Origin: Myxococcota bacterium
Lineage (GTDB): Bacteria; Myxococcota; Myxococcia; Myxococcales; Myxococcaceae
DNA length: 64,000 bases
Assembly: GCA_049322255.1 (NCBI GenBank)
Contig: JBMORE010000166.1
Span: 1 to 64,000, forward strand
Direction of reading: 5' to 3'
Made by a program: the position numbers and the translations under genes. Below, one piece after another: positions 10,164-19,705 of this stretch. The notes under the pieces were generated by a model. The model was not told the DNA's origin and did no database searches. It saw only the letters and a program-made list of their open reading frames with translations. Positions within the stretch are counted from its first letter, which is position 1. The number at the start of each line of letters is the position of its first letter.

Positions 10164-11914
10164 TGGACCAGCAGAAGCGCATGCTGCTCGCGCTGGCGCT
10201 CTCCTTCGCGCTGACCTTCGTCTACATCACCTTCTTCGCCCCCAAACCGGAGCCAACAGCCGAGGGAGGTAGCGTCGCCGACGCCGGCGTGGCCCAAGTG
10301 GTGGATGCCGGAGCTCCCGCTCCGGTGGTGGCGCCTTCCGAGCCCGCGGGCGCTCCTCCCCCCGAGCTGCCTCCCGTGGAACAGGTGAAGCGCTCGCGCG
10401 CCGAGGTGCACTACGTCTTCAGCACGGAGGGCGCCGGGCTGACTCAGGCCGAGCTGCAAGGGCCGAAGATGCGCGAGGTGCAACGACTCACCATCGCCCA
10501 GGGGTTCAAACGCATCGTCGGCGGCGAGGTGCCCACGCCTCCACAGATGGACATGGCCATTCCGGTGCCCAACCAGCCCCTGCCGCTGTCGTTGTCCATC
10601 GAGGGCGCACAGCCGCTGGCCGCCAACGCCCGCTATCGAGTCATCCCCAGCCCCGAGCAAATTGTCTTTCAAGCAAGACAAGGCCCGTGGGAGGTGACCA
10701 AGCGGTTGCAGTGGGCTCCCGACGGCTTCGAGCTGGCCTACACAGTGGAGCTCAAGAACGTCAGCACCACCCCGGCCAGTGGCGAGTTGGGCTTGCATTA
10801 CGCGCGTACCGCCGACCCGGAAGCGGAGACCCCCTCGAGCTTCTTTGGCGGCATCGGCAACCAGTCGCGCGCCAGCTGCATGGTGGGGGACAAGCTGCAC
10901 CATCTGGTGCCAGGTGACGAGCAGCGCCAAGAGTTCTCGGGGCCGGTACGTTTCATTGGCGTGGACCAGACCTATTTTCTGGGCACGGTTTTTCCGCTCG
11001 AGGAGCCCCGCGAAGGACGCTGCGTGCTCGAGGCCACCCCCACCGCGCGCTTGGCCCACGTCTATTCCCCGGTGACGCTTGCTCCCGGCGAAACCAAGAA
11101 TTTCCGTTTCGGCGCATACATCGGCCCCAAGGATGCGGAGTTGCTCGCCGTAGTGCCCAGCGCAAAGGCTCCGACGGGCGGAGCGGCCTTCCACCCGGGG
11201 CTGGAGAAGACCGTCGACTTCGGCATCCTCGAGGTCATCTGCCGGGTGCTCTTGGCGGTGATGAAGTTCTTTCACCACCTCGCCGGCAACTGGGGGGTGG
11301 CCATCATCCTCCTCACCGTGGCGGTGAAGCTCATCTTGCTCCCCCTCACCCACAAGTCGATGGTGAGCGCGGAGCAGATGAAGAAGCTCCAGCCGCGAAT
11401 GGAGGAAATTCGCAAGAAGTTCGCCGAAGACCGCGAGCGGCAGAACCTCGAAATCATGAAGCTGTACCAGGAGGCGAAGGTGAACCCCCTGGGCGGCTGT
11501 CTGCCCATGCTCTTCCAGCTGCCGGTGTGGGCGGCGCTGTTCACCACCTTGCGCACCAGCTACGAGCTGTACCGAGAGCCGTTCATCGCTCCTTTGTGGA
11601 CCGACCTCACCTACAAGGACCCCATCTACTTCCTGCCGCTGGCGCTGGGCGTCACCATGATTGTCACCCAGAGGTTGCAGCCGCAGATGATGGACGCGAC
11701 GCAGGCGAAAATCATGACCTACGTCATGCCGGTGTTCTTCACCTTCATCATGCTCAACTACCCGGCGGGGCTGACCCTCTACATCTTCACCAACAACCTC
11801 TTGTCCATCGCCCAGCAGTACGCGCTGCGAAAATACCTGGAGAAAAAAGGGGTGGCGGAGCGCGGGCGCAAAGCCGAGAAGAAGAAGAGCAAGTCCTTGG
11901 TCGAGGAGCGCTGA
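10163..11914 (+). CDS. yidC: Membrane protein insertase YidC
   Basis: Start MDQQKR overlapping yidD stop; GNWGVAIILLT, NPLGGCLPML, DLTYKDP, GLTLY. Confidence 0.97.
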   Translation: MDQQKRMLLALALSFALTFVYITFFAPKPEPTAEGGSVADAGVAQVVDAGAPAPVVAPSEPAGAPPPELPPVEQVKRSRAEVHYVFSTEGAGLTQAELQGPKMREVQRLTIAQGFKRIVGGEVPTPPQMDMAIPVPNQPLPLSLSIEGAQPLAANARYRVIPSPEQIVFQARQGPWEVTKRLQWAPDGFELAYTVELKNVSTTPASGELGLHYARTADPEAETPSSFFGGIGNQSRASCMVGDKLHHLVPGDEQRQEFSGPVRFIGVDQTYFLGTVFPLEEPREGRCVLEATPTARLAHVYSPVTLAPGETKNFRFGAYIGPKDAELLAVVPSAKAPTGGAAFHPGLEKTVDFGILEVICRVLLAVMKFFHHLAGNWGVAIILLTVAVKLILLPLTHKSMVSAEQMKKLQPRMEEIRKKFAEDRERQNLEIMKLYQEAKVNPLGGCLPMLFQLPVWAALFTTLRTSYELYREPFIAPLWTDLTYKDPIYFLPLALGVTMIVTQRLQPQMMDATQAKIMTYVMPVFFTFIMLNYPAGLTLYIFTNNLLSIAQQYALRKYLEKKGVAERGRKAEKKKSKSLVEER

Positions 11915-11917
11915 GAC

Positions 11918-12640
11918 ATGACCGACGTCACCACCGAAACCCCCTCCCCTGCCCCCACCGCGCCGACGCCGGTCGGCCCGGAGCGGATGGAGCAAGCGCA
12001 GAAGCTCCTCGCCGAAATTTTCCGCCTCCTCGAGCTGCCCGCGAAGCTCGAGCTCAAGCCGGCCGCCGATGGTGGCATCTCAGTGGCGGTGTTCTTCGAG
12101 GGCGAAGTGCCGGGGGTTCCGGTGGGCCGGCGCTCGCACCTCATCGATGCGGTGCAGTTTCTCGCCAACAAAATCACCCATCGCCCGGGAGTGGAGCGGC
12201 GATGGATTTCGCTGGGGGTGGGCGGTCACCCCGAGCCGCGACAGCCGCGCCCCCCGCCAGCGGCCAGACCGGCGGCGGCGAAGCTGGCTCCGCGGCCTTC
12301 TTCTCCCGCGCGTAACGGGCATGCCGCGCCGCCCGCTCCGCCAACTGCGCCGGCCAGTCCGCAGGAGTCCACCCTCGAGGTGAGCGAGGAGCCGCAGCTT
12401 TCCCAGGCGGTGCGCGCACTGGCGGAAAAGTCAGCCCAGTTCGGCCGCTTCTTCGCCCTGTCCCCGATGTCGGTGGAAGACCGCGCTCGGGTGCTCAAAG
12501 CGGCCGCCGGGGTGCCCGGGGTATCGGTACGGGTGGAGGGCGAGGGCCGCGCGCGCCGAGTGGTGTTCGCTCCGGACAAGCCCGCGCCGATGCCCAAGAA
12601 ATCGGGGCTGCCCGCCTACGACGACGACGACGAGGCGTGA
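11918..12640 (+). CDS. Divergent Jag/KhpB-like protein (KH- and R3H-like domains)
   Basis: Position after yidC; GRRSHLIDAVQFLANKI and LSPMS..DR...EGEG..RRVV resemble Jag. Confidence 0.7.
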   Translation: MTDVTTETPSPAPTAPTPVGPERMEQAQKLLAEIFRLLELPAKLELKPAADGGISVAVFFEGEVPGVPVGRRSHLIDAVQFLANKITHRPGVERRWISLGVGGHPEPRQPRPPPAARPAAAKLAPRPSSPARNGHAAPPAPPTAPASPQESTLEVSEEPQLSQAVRALAEKSAQFGRFFALSPMSVEDRARVLKAAAGVPGVSVRVEGEGRARRVVFAPDKPAPMPKKSGLPAYDDDDEA

Positions 12641-12646
12641 GGGACG

Positions 12647-12859
12647 ATGGGTAAACCCAAATCGCTCAAGGACAAGCTGTGGGGCGCGGCAGTGCTGAAG
12701 ATGTCCTTTCGCCTGCGTGACGCCGAAGAATCCCCGGCGTTCACGGGCATCTACCCCGGCGTCTTGCGCGACTTGGGCCTCGAGGACGAGGCGGTGGAGA
12801 AGTACATTATCGAGCACCGCGAAGAAGTGGAGCGCGCCGCCCGCGGCAAGGCCGAATAG
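12647..12859 (+). CDS. Small hypothetical protein (70 aa)
   Basis: SD GAGGG, co-oriented with jag-like gene, plausible helical protein. Confidence 0.65.
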   Translation: MGKPKSLKDKLWGAAVLKMSFRLRDAEESPAFTGIYPGVLRDLGLEDEAVEKYIIEHREEVERAARGKAE

Positions 12860-12866
12860 CAAAAAA

Positions 12867-13337
12867 TCAGGGGTGGACATGCAGGCCCCTGGCCGCTGCG
12901 GCTTCGGCCAACCTTTTGTCGAAAGTCACCAGGGTCCGGGCGCCGACAGCCAGGGCGAGCGCCAGATGAAGCGCGTCGGCGGCACGCAAGGGGCTTTCTG
13001 CGAAACCAAGGAGGAGCCGCTCGGCTTCTCGATGGATGGCTGGACTCATTCCAACGGACAGGAAGCTCTGGTCGGAGAGGTCGTCGAGGAGGGTCGTGTG
13101 GAGTCGAGCCAGGTCTTTTGACGAGAGCAGCCCTTCTCTTCGCCGGCGCGCGGCGGCAGAGACGACCTCGGTCACCGAGAGATCGGACACACAAAGGTCT
13201 CGTCTTCCGAGCAAGGCCGATTCGAGCTCGTCGCTCTCCGGCTCGGGGAGGTACACCTTCGCCAGCGCGCTGGCATCGAGGTACACCGTCCCGCGCAGAG
13301 CACGCGAAGCGCGCCTAGAGCCGGTTTTCCCGCTCAT
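12867..13337 (-). CDS. VapC-family PIN-domain toxin (alternative GTG start 13286)
   Basis: YLDASAL, TEV, LRAADALHLALA, VTFDKRL. Confidence 0.9.
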   Translation of the reverse strand: MSGKTGSRRASRALRGTVYLDASALAKVYLPEPESDELESALLGRRDLCVSDLSVTEVVSAAARRRREGLLSSKDLARLHTTLLDDLSDQSFLSVGMSPAIHREAERLLLGFAESPLRAADALHLALALAVGARTLVTFDKRLAEAAAARGLHVHP

Positions 13338-13551
13338 CGATGATGGCCAAAGAGAGCGGCGCGGTGAGCTTGGGCATGGTCGCCCGAAGCTTCGAACGCC
13401 CGCGGAACGGCCGGGCTTGTTTGGCCACGGGTGATACCAGCCGCGCCACGGCCTCGCCCCGGTCGGTGATTTCCACTTCGTGGCCGCGATGGACTTCTTT
13501 GAGCAAGGCGCTGAGATCCTGCCGAACACGCCTGATTCCAGCCCGCCGCAT
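13315..13551 (-). CDS. Phd/YefM-family antitoxin
   Basis: GIR.VRQDLSALLKEVHRGHEVEITDRGEAVARLV; upstream of PIN toxin. Confidence 0.9.
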   Translation of the reverse strand: MRRAGIRRVRQDLSALLKEVHRGHEVEITDRGEAVARLVSPVAKQARPFRGRSKLRATMPKLTAPLSLAIIDERENRL

Positions 13552-13559
13552 GCAGCACA

Positions 13560-13579
13560 ATGTGCTACAAGTAGCACAT
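13560..13579. promoter_or_regulatory. Perfect operator palindrome ATGTGCTAC-AA-GTAGCACAT
   Basis: 9-2-9 inverted repeat between -35 TTGACG and antitoxin start. Confidence 0.8.
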
Positions 13580-13591
13580 CACGTCAAGCCG

Positions 13592-14914
13592 ATGAACAAC
13601 TCGTTTACCATCGCCGCGGTGGCCACCCCCCCGGCTGCAGGAGGGGTGGGCATCTTGCGCCTCTCCGGCCCGCACGCGCTGGCGGTGGCCAAGCCCCTGG
13701 CGCCGTCGGTGCCGGAAACGCCCGTTCCCCGCCACGCCTACTTCACCGAGCTGGTTGATGCTGCGGGCACCCTGCTCGACCAGGGACTGTTGCTCTATTT
13801 TCAGGCGCCCCACTCCTTCACCGGGGAAGACGTGGTGGAGCTGCACGCCCACGGCTCTCCCCGCTTGATGCAGCTGCTCCTCGCCGCCGTCCTCGCCGAC
13901 GGGCGGGTGCGGCTGGCCGAGCCGGGAGAGTTCACCCGCCGCGCCTTCCTCTGCGGCAAGCTGGACCTCACCCGCGCCGAGGCGGTGGCCGACCTGGTGG
14001 CGGCCGAGTCCGAAGCGGCGGTGCGCGCGGCGGCCGCCCAGGCGGCCGGGCAGCTCTCCTCCCAGGTGCGCGCGCTCTTCGAGGCGCTGCTCGCCCTACA
14101 CGCAGACATCGAGGCCAGCCTGGACTTTCCTGCAGAAGCTGAAGGCGCCGACGCGGACGCCAGCGGGCGGCTCGCGAAGGTGCTGGTGGCGGCGAAGGAG
14201 CTTCTGGCCAGCGAGGGCCGCGGGCGGCTGGTGCGCCGGGGAGCGCGGGTGGTGCTCTTCGGGCCGGTGAACGCCGGCAAGTCCACCCTCTTCAACCGCC
14301 TGCTGGGCGAAGAACGTGCGCTGGTGGACGAGGAGCCGGGCACCACCCGAGACCTTCTCGAGGCTCGACTGGAGCTCGAAGGGTTTGCGGTGACGCTGGT
14401 GGACACCGCCGGCTTGCGCGCGCACGCCCCGGGGAGGGTCGAGCAACTGGGCATCGCCCGCACCCAAGCGGCACTGGAAGGGGCGGACCTGGCGGTGTTG
14501 GTGCTGCCCCCCGAGGCCGGGCCGGCCCAGGCGGCGGAGTGGTCGACGGCGGCGAAGCATTCGCTGCTCGTGGTGTACGGAAAAAAGGATCTCCTCCCCT
14601 CCCCTCCTCCCGGGTTGGCGGTCAGCGGGCGCACCGGGGAAGGGGTGGAGGCGCTGCGCTCGGCGCTCTTGGGCCGGCTGTGGGAGGAGCGCGCGCCTTC
14701 TGCGGTGGCCCTGGTAGGCGAGCGTCACGCCGACGCGCTTCGCCGGGTGGTCGATTCGCTGGAGCGGGCGCAGAAGGCTCTCCACGTCAGCACCGTGGAG
14801 GCTGCCTCGGGCGAGGTTGGGCTGGCGCTCGACGCGCTGGGAGAAATCACCGGCGAAAACGCCTCTCAGGCACTCGTCGACGCCATCTTCCGCCGCTTCT
14901 GCATCGGCAAATAG
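13592..14914 (+). CDS. mnmE: tRNA modification GTPase MnmE
   Basis: TIAAVATP, SFTGEDVVELHAHG, GPVNAGKSTL, GTTRD, DTAGLR, C-terminal FCIGK. Confidence 0.97.
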   Translation: MNNSFTIAAVATPPAAGGVGILRLSGPHALAVAKPLAPSVPETPVPRHAYFTELVDAAGTLLDQGLLLYFQAPHSFTGEDVVELHAHGSPRLMQLLLAAVLADGRVRLAEPGEFTRRAFLCGKLDLTRAEAVADLVAAESEAAVRAAAAQAAGQLSSQVRALFEALLALHADIEASLDFPAEAEGADADASGRLAKVLVAAKELLASEGRGRLVRRGARVVLFGPVNAGKSTLFNRLLGEERALVDEEPGTTRDLLEARLELEGFAVTLVDTAGLRAHAPGRVEQLGIARTQAALEGADLAVLVLPPEAGPAQAAEWSTAAKHSLLVVYGKKDLLPSPPPGLAVSGRTGEGVEALRSALLGRLWEERAPSAVALVGERHADALRRVVDSLERAQKALHVSTVEAASGEVGLALDALGEITGENASQALVDAIFRRFCIGK

Positions 14915-14943
14915 CGGTCGCGCAAGTGCCTCCCAGCAGCCGC

Positions 14944-15774
14944 TCAGACCAGCGGAAACTGGCGGCAGCGCTTCACCGAGCGGACGAGCAGCGCGGCGTC
15001 CACGGGAGCGGCGATGAAGCCCTTGGCTCCCATCGCCTGCGCGCGCACCACGTCGGCCTCCGGGCGCTTGCCGGCGACGATGAGCTTGCCCGAAAAACGC
15101 GCGCCCCCGGACACCAAGACCTCCATCGCCGGCAAGGGGGCCACCAGCACATCCTCTTCGGCGCAGCCCAGCGCCTCCACCGCTCCGCACACCTTGGCGG
15201 GCACCCCTTCGGCGGCGAGCATCAAGGTGAGGGAGTGGCCCGCCTTCTCGGTCCACCCGTACAGGAGCACCGGCCGCGGCTGTCCCGGCGTCGGCTTTTC
15301 TTCGAGGGGCGAAGGCGATGGAGCCGGAGGCCCTTCACCGCGGTAGAGCCGGCCGATGGCCTGCTCCAACTCCGCGTCGCCGGCAAGGAGCGCCCGCACC
15401 CCTTGCTTGCCCGAGACCGCCTGCACTTCGTCGAGCCCGGCCAAGGAAGCGGGGGCGGCCATCGCCACCACCAACACTTCTTGGCGCCGGCCCTCCAACC
15501 GCAAAGGCACCACCCGGTGACGTTCGGCCACCTTGCGTCCCACCAAGCTCGCCAGCGTGGGGTCGGGGGGCGTTGCCACCAGGTCGGTCACCGCCAACCC
15601 CGTCTGCTCGGCCAGCGCCGCCAGCACTTCAGCAGGGGTGCAAAACCCCTTGGCCACCGCCGCCGCCCCCAAGGGCATCCCCCACTGGCGGTGGTGCGCC
15701 AACGCCGATTGCAGCTGCAGCTCGTCGATGATGCCGCGCCGCAACAAGAGCTCTCCCAGACGAGGTCGCTTCAT
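14944..15774 (-). CDS. MshEN/GspE-N domain protein with degenerate receiver-like C-terminus
   Basis: RLGELLLRRGIIDELQLQSAL; VAERHRVVPL; VVAMAAP. Confidence 0.8.
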   Translation of the reverse strand: MKRPRLGELLLRRGIIDELQLQSALAHHRQWGMPLGAAAVAKGFCTPAEVLAALAEQTGLAVTDLVATPPDPTLASLVGRKVAERHRVVPLRLEGRRQEVLVVAMAAPASLAGLDEVQAVSGKQGVRALLAGDAELEQAIGRLYRGEGPPAPSPSPLEEKPTPGQPRPVLLYGWTEKAGHSLTLMLAAEGVPAKVCGAVEALGCAEEDVLVAPLPAMEVLVSGGARFSGKLIVAGKRPEADVVRAQAMGAKGFIAAPVDAALLVRSVKRCRQFPLV

Positions 15775-15996
15775 TTGAGTTGCCTCCGCTGACTTGCGAC
15801 ACAGCAAACTGACCGCCAGGCTCCCCATTCCTGCGGCCGCCAAGAGAATCCGCCGCACGCGCGGGCAGTTATGCCCCGGGAGGTCCCCTTGGCGAAGCGG
15901 TGTCCCCGCGGACCCAACCGCGACAGTTTCGTCATGGGCGATGCGGCAAGTTGCGCAGGTAGGGCCGGGTAGGTTTTCAGGTACATTGCGAGCCCG

Positions 15997-17811
15997 ATGG
16001 CGGAACGTTTCGACGTGGTGGTGGTGGGCTTGGGGCACGCGGGCTGTGAGGCTGCCTTGGCCTGCGCCCGCATGGGGCTGTCCACCGCCGGCCTCACCCT
16101 GCGACAGGCCCGTATCGCGGTGATGAGCTGCAACCCGGCCATCGGCGGTACCGCCAAGGGTCACCTGGTGCACGAGCTCGACGCTCTGGGAGGAGAGATG
16201 GCCTTCGCCGCCGACCAAAGCGGCACCCACTTCAAAACCCTCAACGCCTCCAAGGGTCCGGCGGTGCGCGCCAGCCGGCTGTTGTGCGACCGCGACCGTT
16301 ATGCGCAAGGCATGCAGCGCACCCTCCTCTCCCAGGAGCGCCTCACCGTGCGCGAAGGAGAAGCCAGCGAGGTGCTGGTCGAAGACGGGCAGGTGCGAGG
16401 GGTGCGTCTGGTGGGCGGGGGCGAGCTTTTCGCGAGGGCGGTGGTGCTCACCACCGGCACCTTCCTGCGGGCGCTGATGCACGTGGGCGAGCACAAGGAG
16501 GTGGGCGGCCGTCACGGCGACGAGGCGGCCACGGGGCTGTCGGCCAGCCTGCGCGCGCTGGGCTTGGTGCTGGGGCGCTTCAAGACCGGCACCCCACCCC
16601 GGCTGTGGGCGAAGAGCATCGACTTCCTTCGCTGCGAGGCCCAGCCCAGCGACGCGCGGGCCCGACCACTCTCTGCTCGTACCCGCAAAGCACAGGCCCC
16701 CTACCCCACCCTGGGGCCCTTGAGCTGTCACCTCACCTACACCACCCCCAAGACCCACGCACTCTTGCGCCAAAACCTCTCCCGCTCCCCGCTCTACAAG
16801 GGAGAGATTGTCGGCCGCGGCCCGCGCTACTGCCCCTCGATAGAGGACAAGGTGGTGCGCTTTGCCGACCGCGCCCAGCACCAGCTCTTCCTCGAGCCGG
16901 AAGGGGTGGACAGCGAGCTCGTCTACCCAGCGGGGTTCTCCACCAGCCTGCCCGCCGAGGTGCAGTTGGCGGCGCTGCGCACCGTCCCCGGCCTGGAGAA
17001 AGTGGAGGTAGCGCGCTACGGCTACGCGGTGGAGTACGACTACGCTTCGCCCACGCAGCTTTACCCCACGCTGGAGGCGAAGGCCGTCACCGGCCTCTTC
17101 CTCGCCGGTCAGCTCAACGGCACCTCCGGCTACGAAGAGGCCGCCTTCCAGGGGCTCATGGCGGGCATCAACGCCGCGTTGCACGTGAAACACGAGCCCC
17201 CGCTGGTGCTCGGCCGGCACGAGGCGCACGGGGCGGTGCTCCTCGACGAGCTCACCACCAAGGGGGTGGACGAGCCCTTTCGCATGTTCACCTCCCGCTC
17301 CGAGCACCGCCTGCGCCTGCGGGAGGGCAACGCCGCCTTACGCCTGGCCGCCCACGGCCGCAGGGTGGGCTTGGTCGACGCCGCCACCCTGGGGCGGGTG
17401 GAGGCGCAGCGCACCGCCATCGCCGAAGAGGTGGCCCGCCTGCGCCGGCGCGGTCTCGACGGGGTGCTCAAGCGACCGGAGGAGACCTACGCCTCCACCG
17501 CCCGGCTCGACCTCGAGCGGCCGCCGCTTCCCGAGGAGGTCACCTCCGAGGTGGAGGTGGAGCTCAAGTATGAAGGCTACGTGGCGCGGGCGGAGCGGGC
17601 CGTCGCGCGGGGGACCGAGGCCTACGACGGCTGGCCCATTCCCCCCGGGCTGGTCTTTGGGGACATCCGGGGGCTGTCGGCCGAGGCCACCGAGCGCCTG
17701 ACCCGCTTTCGCCCCCAGACGGTGGGTCAGGCACGCCGGCTGCCCGGGCTCACCTCGGCTGCGCTGTCGCTGCTCTTGGTCCACCTGCGCCGGCAGCAGG
17801 GAGCACCCTGA
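15997..17811 (+). CDS. mnmG: tRNA uridine 5-carboxymethylaminomethyl modification enzyme MnmG (GidA)
   Basis: [51 protein letters not shown]. Confidence 0.98.
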   Translation: MAERFDVVVVGLGHAGCEAALACARMGLSTAGLTLRQARIAVMSCNPAIGGTAKGHLVHELDALGGEMAFAADQSGTHFKTLNASKGPAVRASRLLCDRDRYAQGMQRTLLSQERLTVREGEASEVLVEDGQVRGVRLVGGGELFARAVVLTTGTFLRALMHVGEHKEVGGRHGDEAATGLSASLRALGLVLGRFKTGTPPRLWAKSIDFLRCEAQPSDARARPLSARTRKAQAPYPTLGPLSCHLTYTTPKTHALLRQNLSRSPLYKGEIVGRGPRYCPSIEDKVVRFADRAQHQLFLEPEGVDSELVYPAGFSTSLPAEVQLAALRTVPGLEKVEVARYGYAVEYDYASPTQLYPTLEAKAVTGLFLAGQLNGTSGYEEAAFQGLMAGINAALHVKHEPPLVLGRHEAHGAVLLDELTTKGVDEPFRMFTSRSEHRLRLREGNAALRLAAHGRRVGLVDAATLGRVEAQRTAIAEEVARLRRRGLDGVLKRPEETYASTARLDLERPPLPEEVTSEVEVELKYEGYVARAERAVARGTEAYDGWPIPPGLVFGDIRGLSAEATERLTRFRPQTVGQARRLPGLTSAALSLLLVHLRRQQGAP

Positions 17812-17829
17812 TGTCTGCCGGGCCCCGCC

Positions 17830-17921
17830 TGTGGACAAGGTGTTCAAAAGCCTGGCTGCCCCACAGGAACGAGTCATTTCGCGGCGTTGACCCCGCTCAG
17901 GAAAGAGCCGGCTGTGGATAA
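17830..17921. promoter_or_regulatory. DnaA boxes between mnmG and rsmG
   Basis: TGTGGACAA 17830-38, TGCCCCACA 17857-65, perfect TGTGGATAA 17913-21. Confidence 0.7.
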
Positions 17922-18567
17922 CCAGCAAACCCAGGCGCTGGAGGCGGGGGCGCGGGCGCTGGGGGTGGAGCTGCCTTTCGGGGCGGCGCGCCGCCTGTTG
18001 CAGCTGCAACAGGAGCTCTTGCGCTGGAACGCCAAGGTCAACCTCACTGCCCTCACCGAGCCGAAGGAGGTGATGGAGAAGCACCTCCTCGATTCCTTGG
18101 CGGCGCTGGTCGACCTGGGGCCGGCCCGCACGGTGCTCGACGTGGGGGCGGGCGGGGGGTTCCCGGGGTTGCCGTGGAAAATCGTCCGCGCGGAGCTGGA
18201 GGTGACTTTGGTGGACGCGGTGGCAAAGAAAGTGGGCTTTTTGAAGCACGCCATCGCCCAGCTAGGTCTGAGCCCGGGTGCGCGCGCGCTGCACCGGCGG
18301 CTGGGAGGCGACCCCGCGGGGGAGGGCCTGCCTCTCTTCGAGGCGGTGGTGTCGCGGGCGCTGATGGAGCTTCCCGCTTGGCTGTTGCTGGCAGCGCCGT
18401 ACGTGGCCCCTGGCGGGCGGGTGCTGGCGATGCTCGGCCGCGCCCCCCCGGAGTCGGAGGCGGTGGCCTGGGGAGAGGCGGCGGGCCTCGAGCTCTTGTC
18501 CTTGCGCCGCTACGCCCTGCCCTGGTCGCAAGCGCCTCGGGCGGTGGCGGTCTACCTGCGCCGTTGA
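17914..18567 (+). CDS. rsmG: 16S rRNA m7G527 methyltransferase RsmG (GidB)
   Basis: WNAKVNLTA, HLLDSL, DVGAGGGFPG, VVSRAL; start uncertain (GTG 17914 or TTG 17887). Confidence 0.95.
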   Translation: MDNQQTQALEAGARALGVELPFGAARRLLQLQQELLRWNAKVNLTALTEPKEVMEKHLLDSLAALVDLGPARTVLDVGAGGGFPGLPWKIVRAELEVTLVDAVAKKVGFLKHAIAQLGLSPGARALHRRLGGDPAGEGLPLFEAVVSRALMELPAWLLLAAPYVAPGGRVLAMLGRAPPESEAVAWGEAAGLELLSLRRYALPWSQAPRAVAVYLRR

Positions 18568-18587
18568 CCTCGAACCATCCCTCGAGG

Positions 18588-18787
18588 AAACCGGGAGCGG
18601 GAGCGGGAGCGGGAGCGGGAGCGGGAGCGTTTGCGGGAGCGTTTGCGGGAGCGTTTGCGGGAGCGGGAGCGTTCCCGGGCAGCGGGGAGGTGTACGGTTC
18701 ACGATGGCGGGTCACGTGTCCGGGCGCGTGCGACGTACCCGATTGCCGGCCCCGTTCCCGCAAACGCTCCCGCTCCCGCTCCCGTTT
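18588..18787. repeat. Hexamer-repeat hairpin element: (CGGGAG)6(CGTTTGCGGGAG)3 with complementary right arm
   Basis: Right arm 18757-18784 is a perfect 28-bp reverse complement of the left arm. Confidence 0.85.
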
Positions 18788-18820
18788 GTTTCGCCCGGTT
18801 CCACGAGCTCCCCCAGCCGG

Positions 18821-18836
18821 TGTTTCACGTGAAACG
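18821..18836. promoter_or_regulatory. parS centromere-like site
   Basis: TGTTTCACGTGAAACG, 15/16 match to the parS consensus, just upstream of parA. Confidence 0.9.
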
Positions 18837-18886
18837 GGGCGGGTTCTTCGCTTGCCGGTGGGGAACAAAGGCTGTACATCGCCGGC

Positions 18887-19684
18887 GTGGGCCGCGTCCT
18901 GTGTATTTCCAACCAGAAGGGCGGGGTGGGGAAGACCACCACTGCCATCAACCTCGCCGCCAGCCTGGCCGCGGCCGAGCGCAAGACGCTCCTTGTGGAC
19001 ATGGACCCGCAAGGCAACGCCACCAGCGGGCTGGGTCTGGCGCGGGAGACGCTTTCCGGCACCATCTACGACGCGCTCATCGACGGCCGCCCGATGGAGA
19101 GCTTGGTACACCCCACCGAGCTGCGCTACCTGGAGGTGGTGCCCGCCACTCCCGATCTCACCGGGGCGGAGCTCGAGCTGGTGGGGATGCCCGAGCGCGA
19201 GACGCGTTTGCGTCAGGCGCTGTCTCCTTTGGCGGGCGCCTACGACCACGTGCTCATCGACTGTCCGCCCTCCTTGGGCCTGCTCACGCTGAACGCGCTC
19301 ACCGCCGCCGATTCGGTGCTCATTCCCCTGCAGTGCGAGTACTACGCGCTGGAGGGTCTCTCCCAGCTCCTGCACACCCTCGAGTTGGTCAAGCAGGGCC
19401 TCAACCCCCGGCTGGAGACCGAGGGCATCGTGCTCACCATGTTCGACGCCCGGGCCAACATCGCCCACCAGGTCGCCGAGGAGGTGCGCAAGCACTTCCC
19501 CAAGCTCGTCTTCCGCTCCGTCATTCCGCGCAACGTGCGCCTGTCCGAGAGTCCCTCCTTCGGCAAGCCGATTCTTCTATACGACATCAAGTCCAAGGGC
19601 TGCGAAAGCTACCTGGCCTTGAGCAACGAGCTTTTGCGCCGCGGGCGCGCTTCCAAGGGACAGAGCGGGCGCGTCGTGGCATAA
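18887..19684 (+). CDS. parA: Chromosome partitioning ATPase ParA/Soj
   Basis: NQKGGVGKTTT, DMDPQGNAT, IDCPPSLG, QCEYYALEG, IPRNVRLSESPSFG. Confidence 0.97.
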   Translation: MGRVLCISNQKGGVGKTTTAINLAASLAAAERKTLLVDMDPQGNATSGLGLARETLSGTIYDALIDGRPMESLVHPTELRYLEVVPATPDLTGAELELVGMPERETRLRQALSPLAGAYDHVLIDCPPSLGLLTLNALTAADSVLIPLQCEYYALEGLSQLLHTLELVKQGLNPRLETEGIVLTMFDARANIAHQVAEEVRKHFPKLVFRSVIPRNVRLSESPSFGKPILLYDIKSKGCESYLALSNELLRRGRASKGQSGRVVA

Positions 19685-19705
19685 GGCGTGACGATGCGAG
19701 GAGCG

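Noticed and set aside
10079..11995. Long antisense ORFs (also 5899-7239, 24185-26530, 34615-35898 and others)
   Set aside because: High-GC shadow frames opposite well-supported genes
15775..17307. 787-aa minus-strand ORF
   Set aside because: The N-terminal 511 aa are largely antisense to mnmG; the real gene starts at 15774
18592..18680. Possible CRISPR array or coding PA/GA repeat
   Set aside because: Hexamer tandem with no unique spacers and no cas genes; ORFs across it are shadows of rsmG and parA
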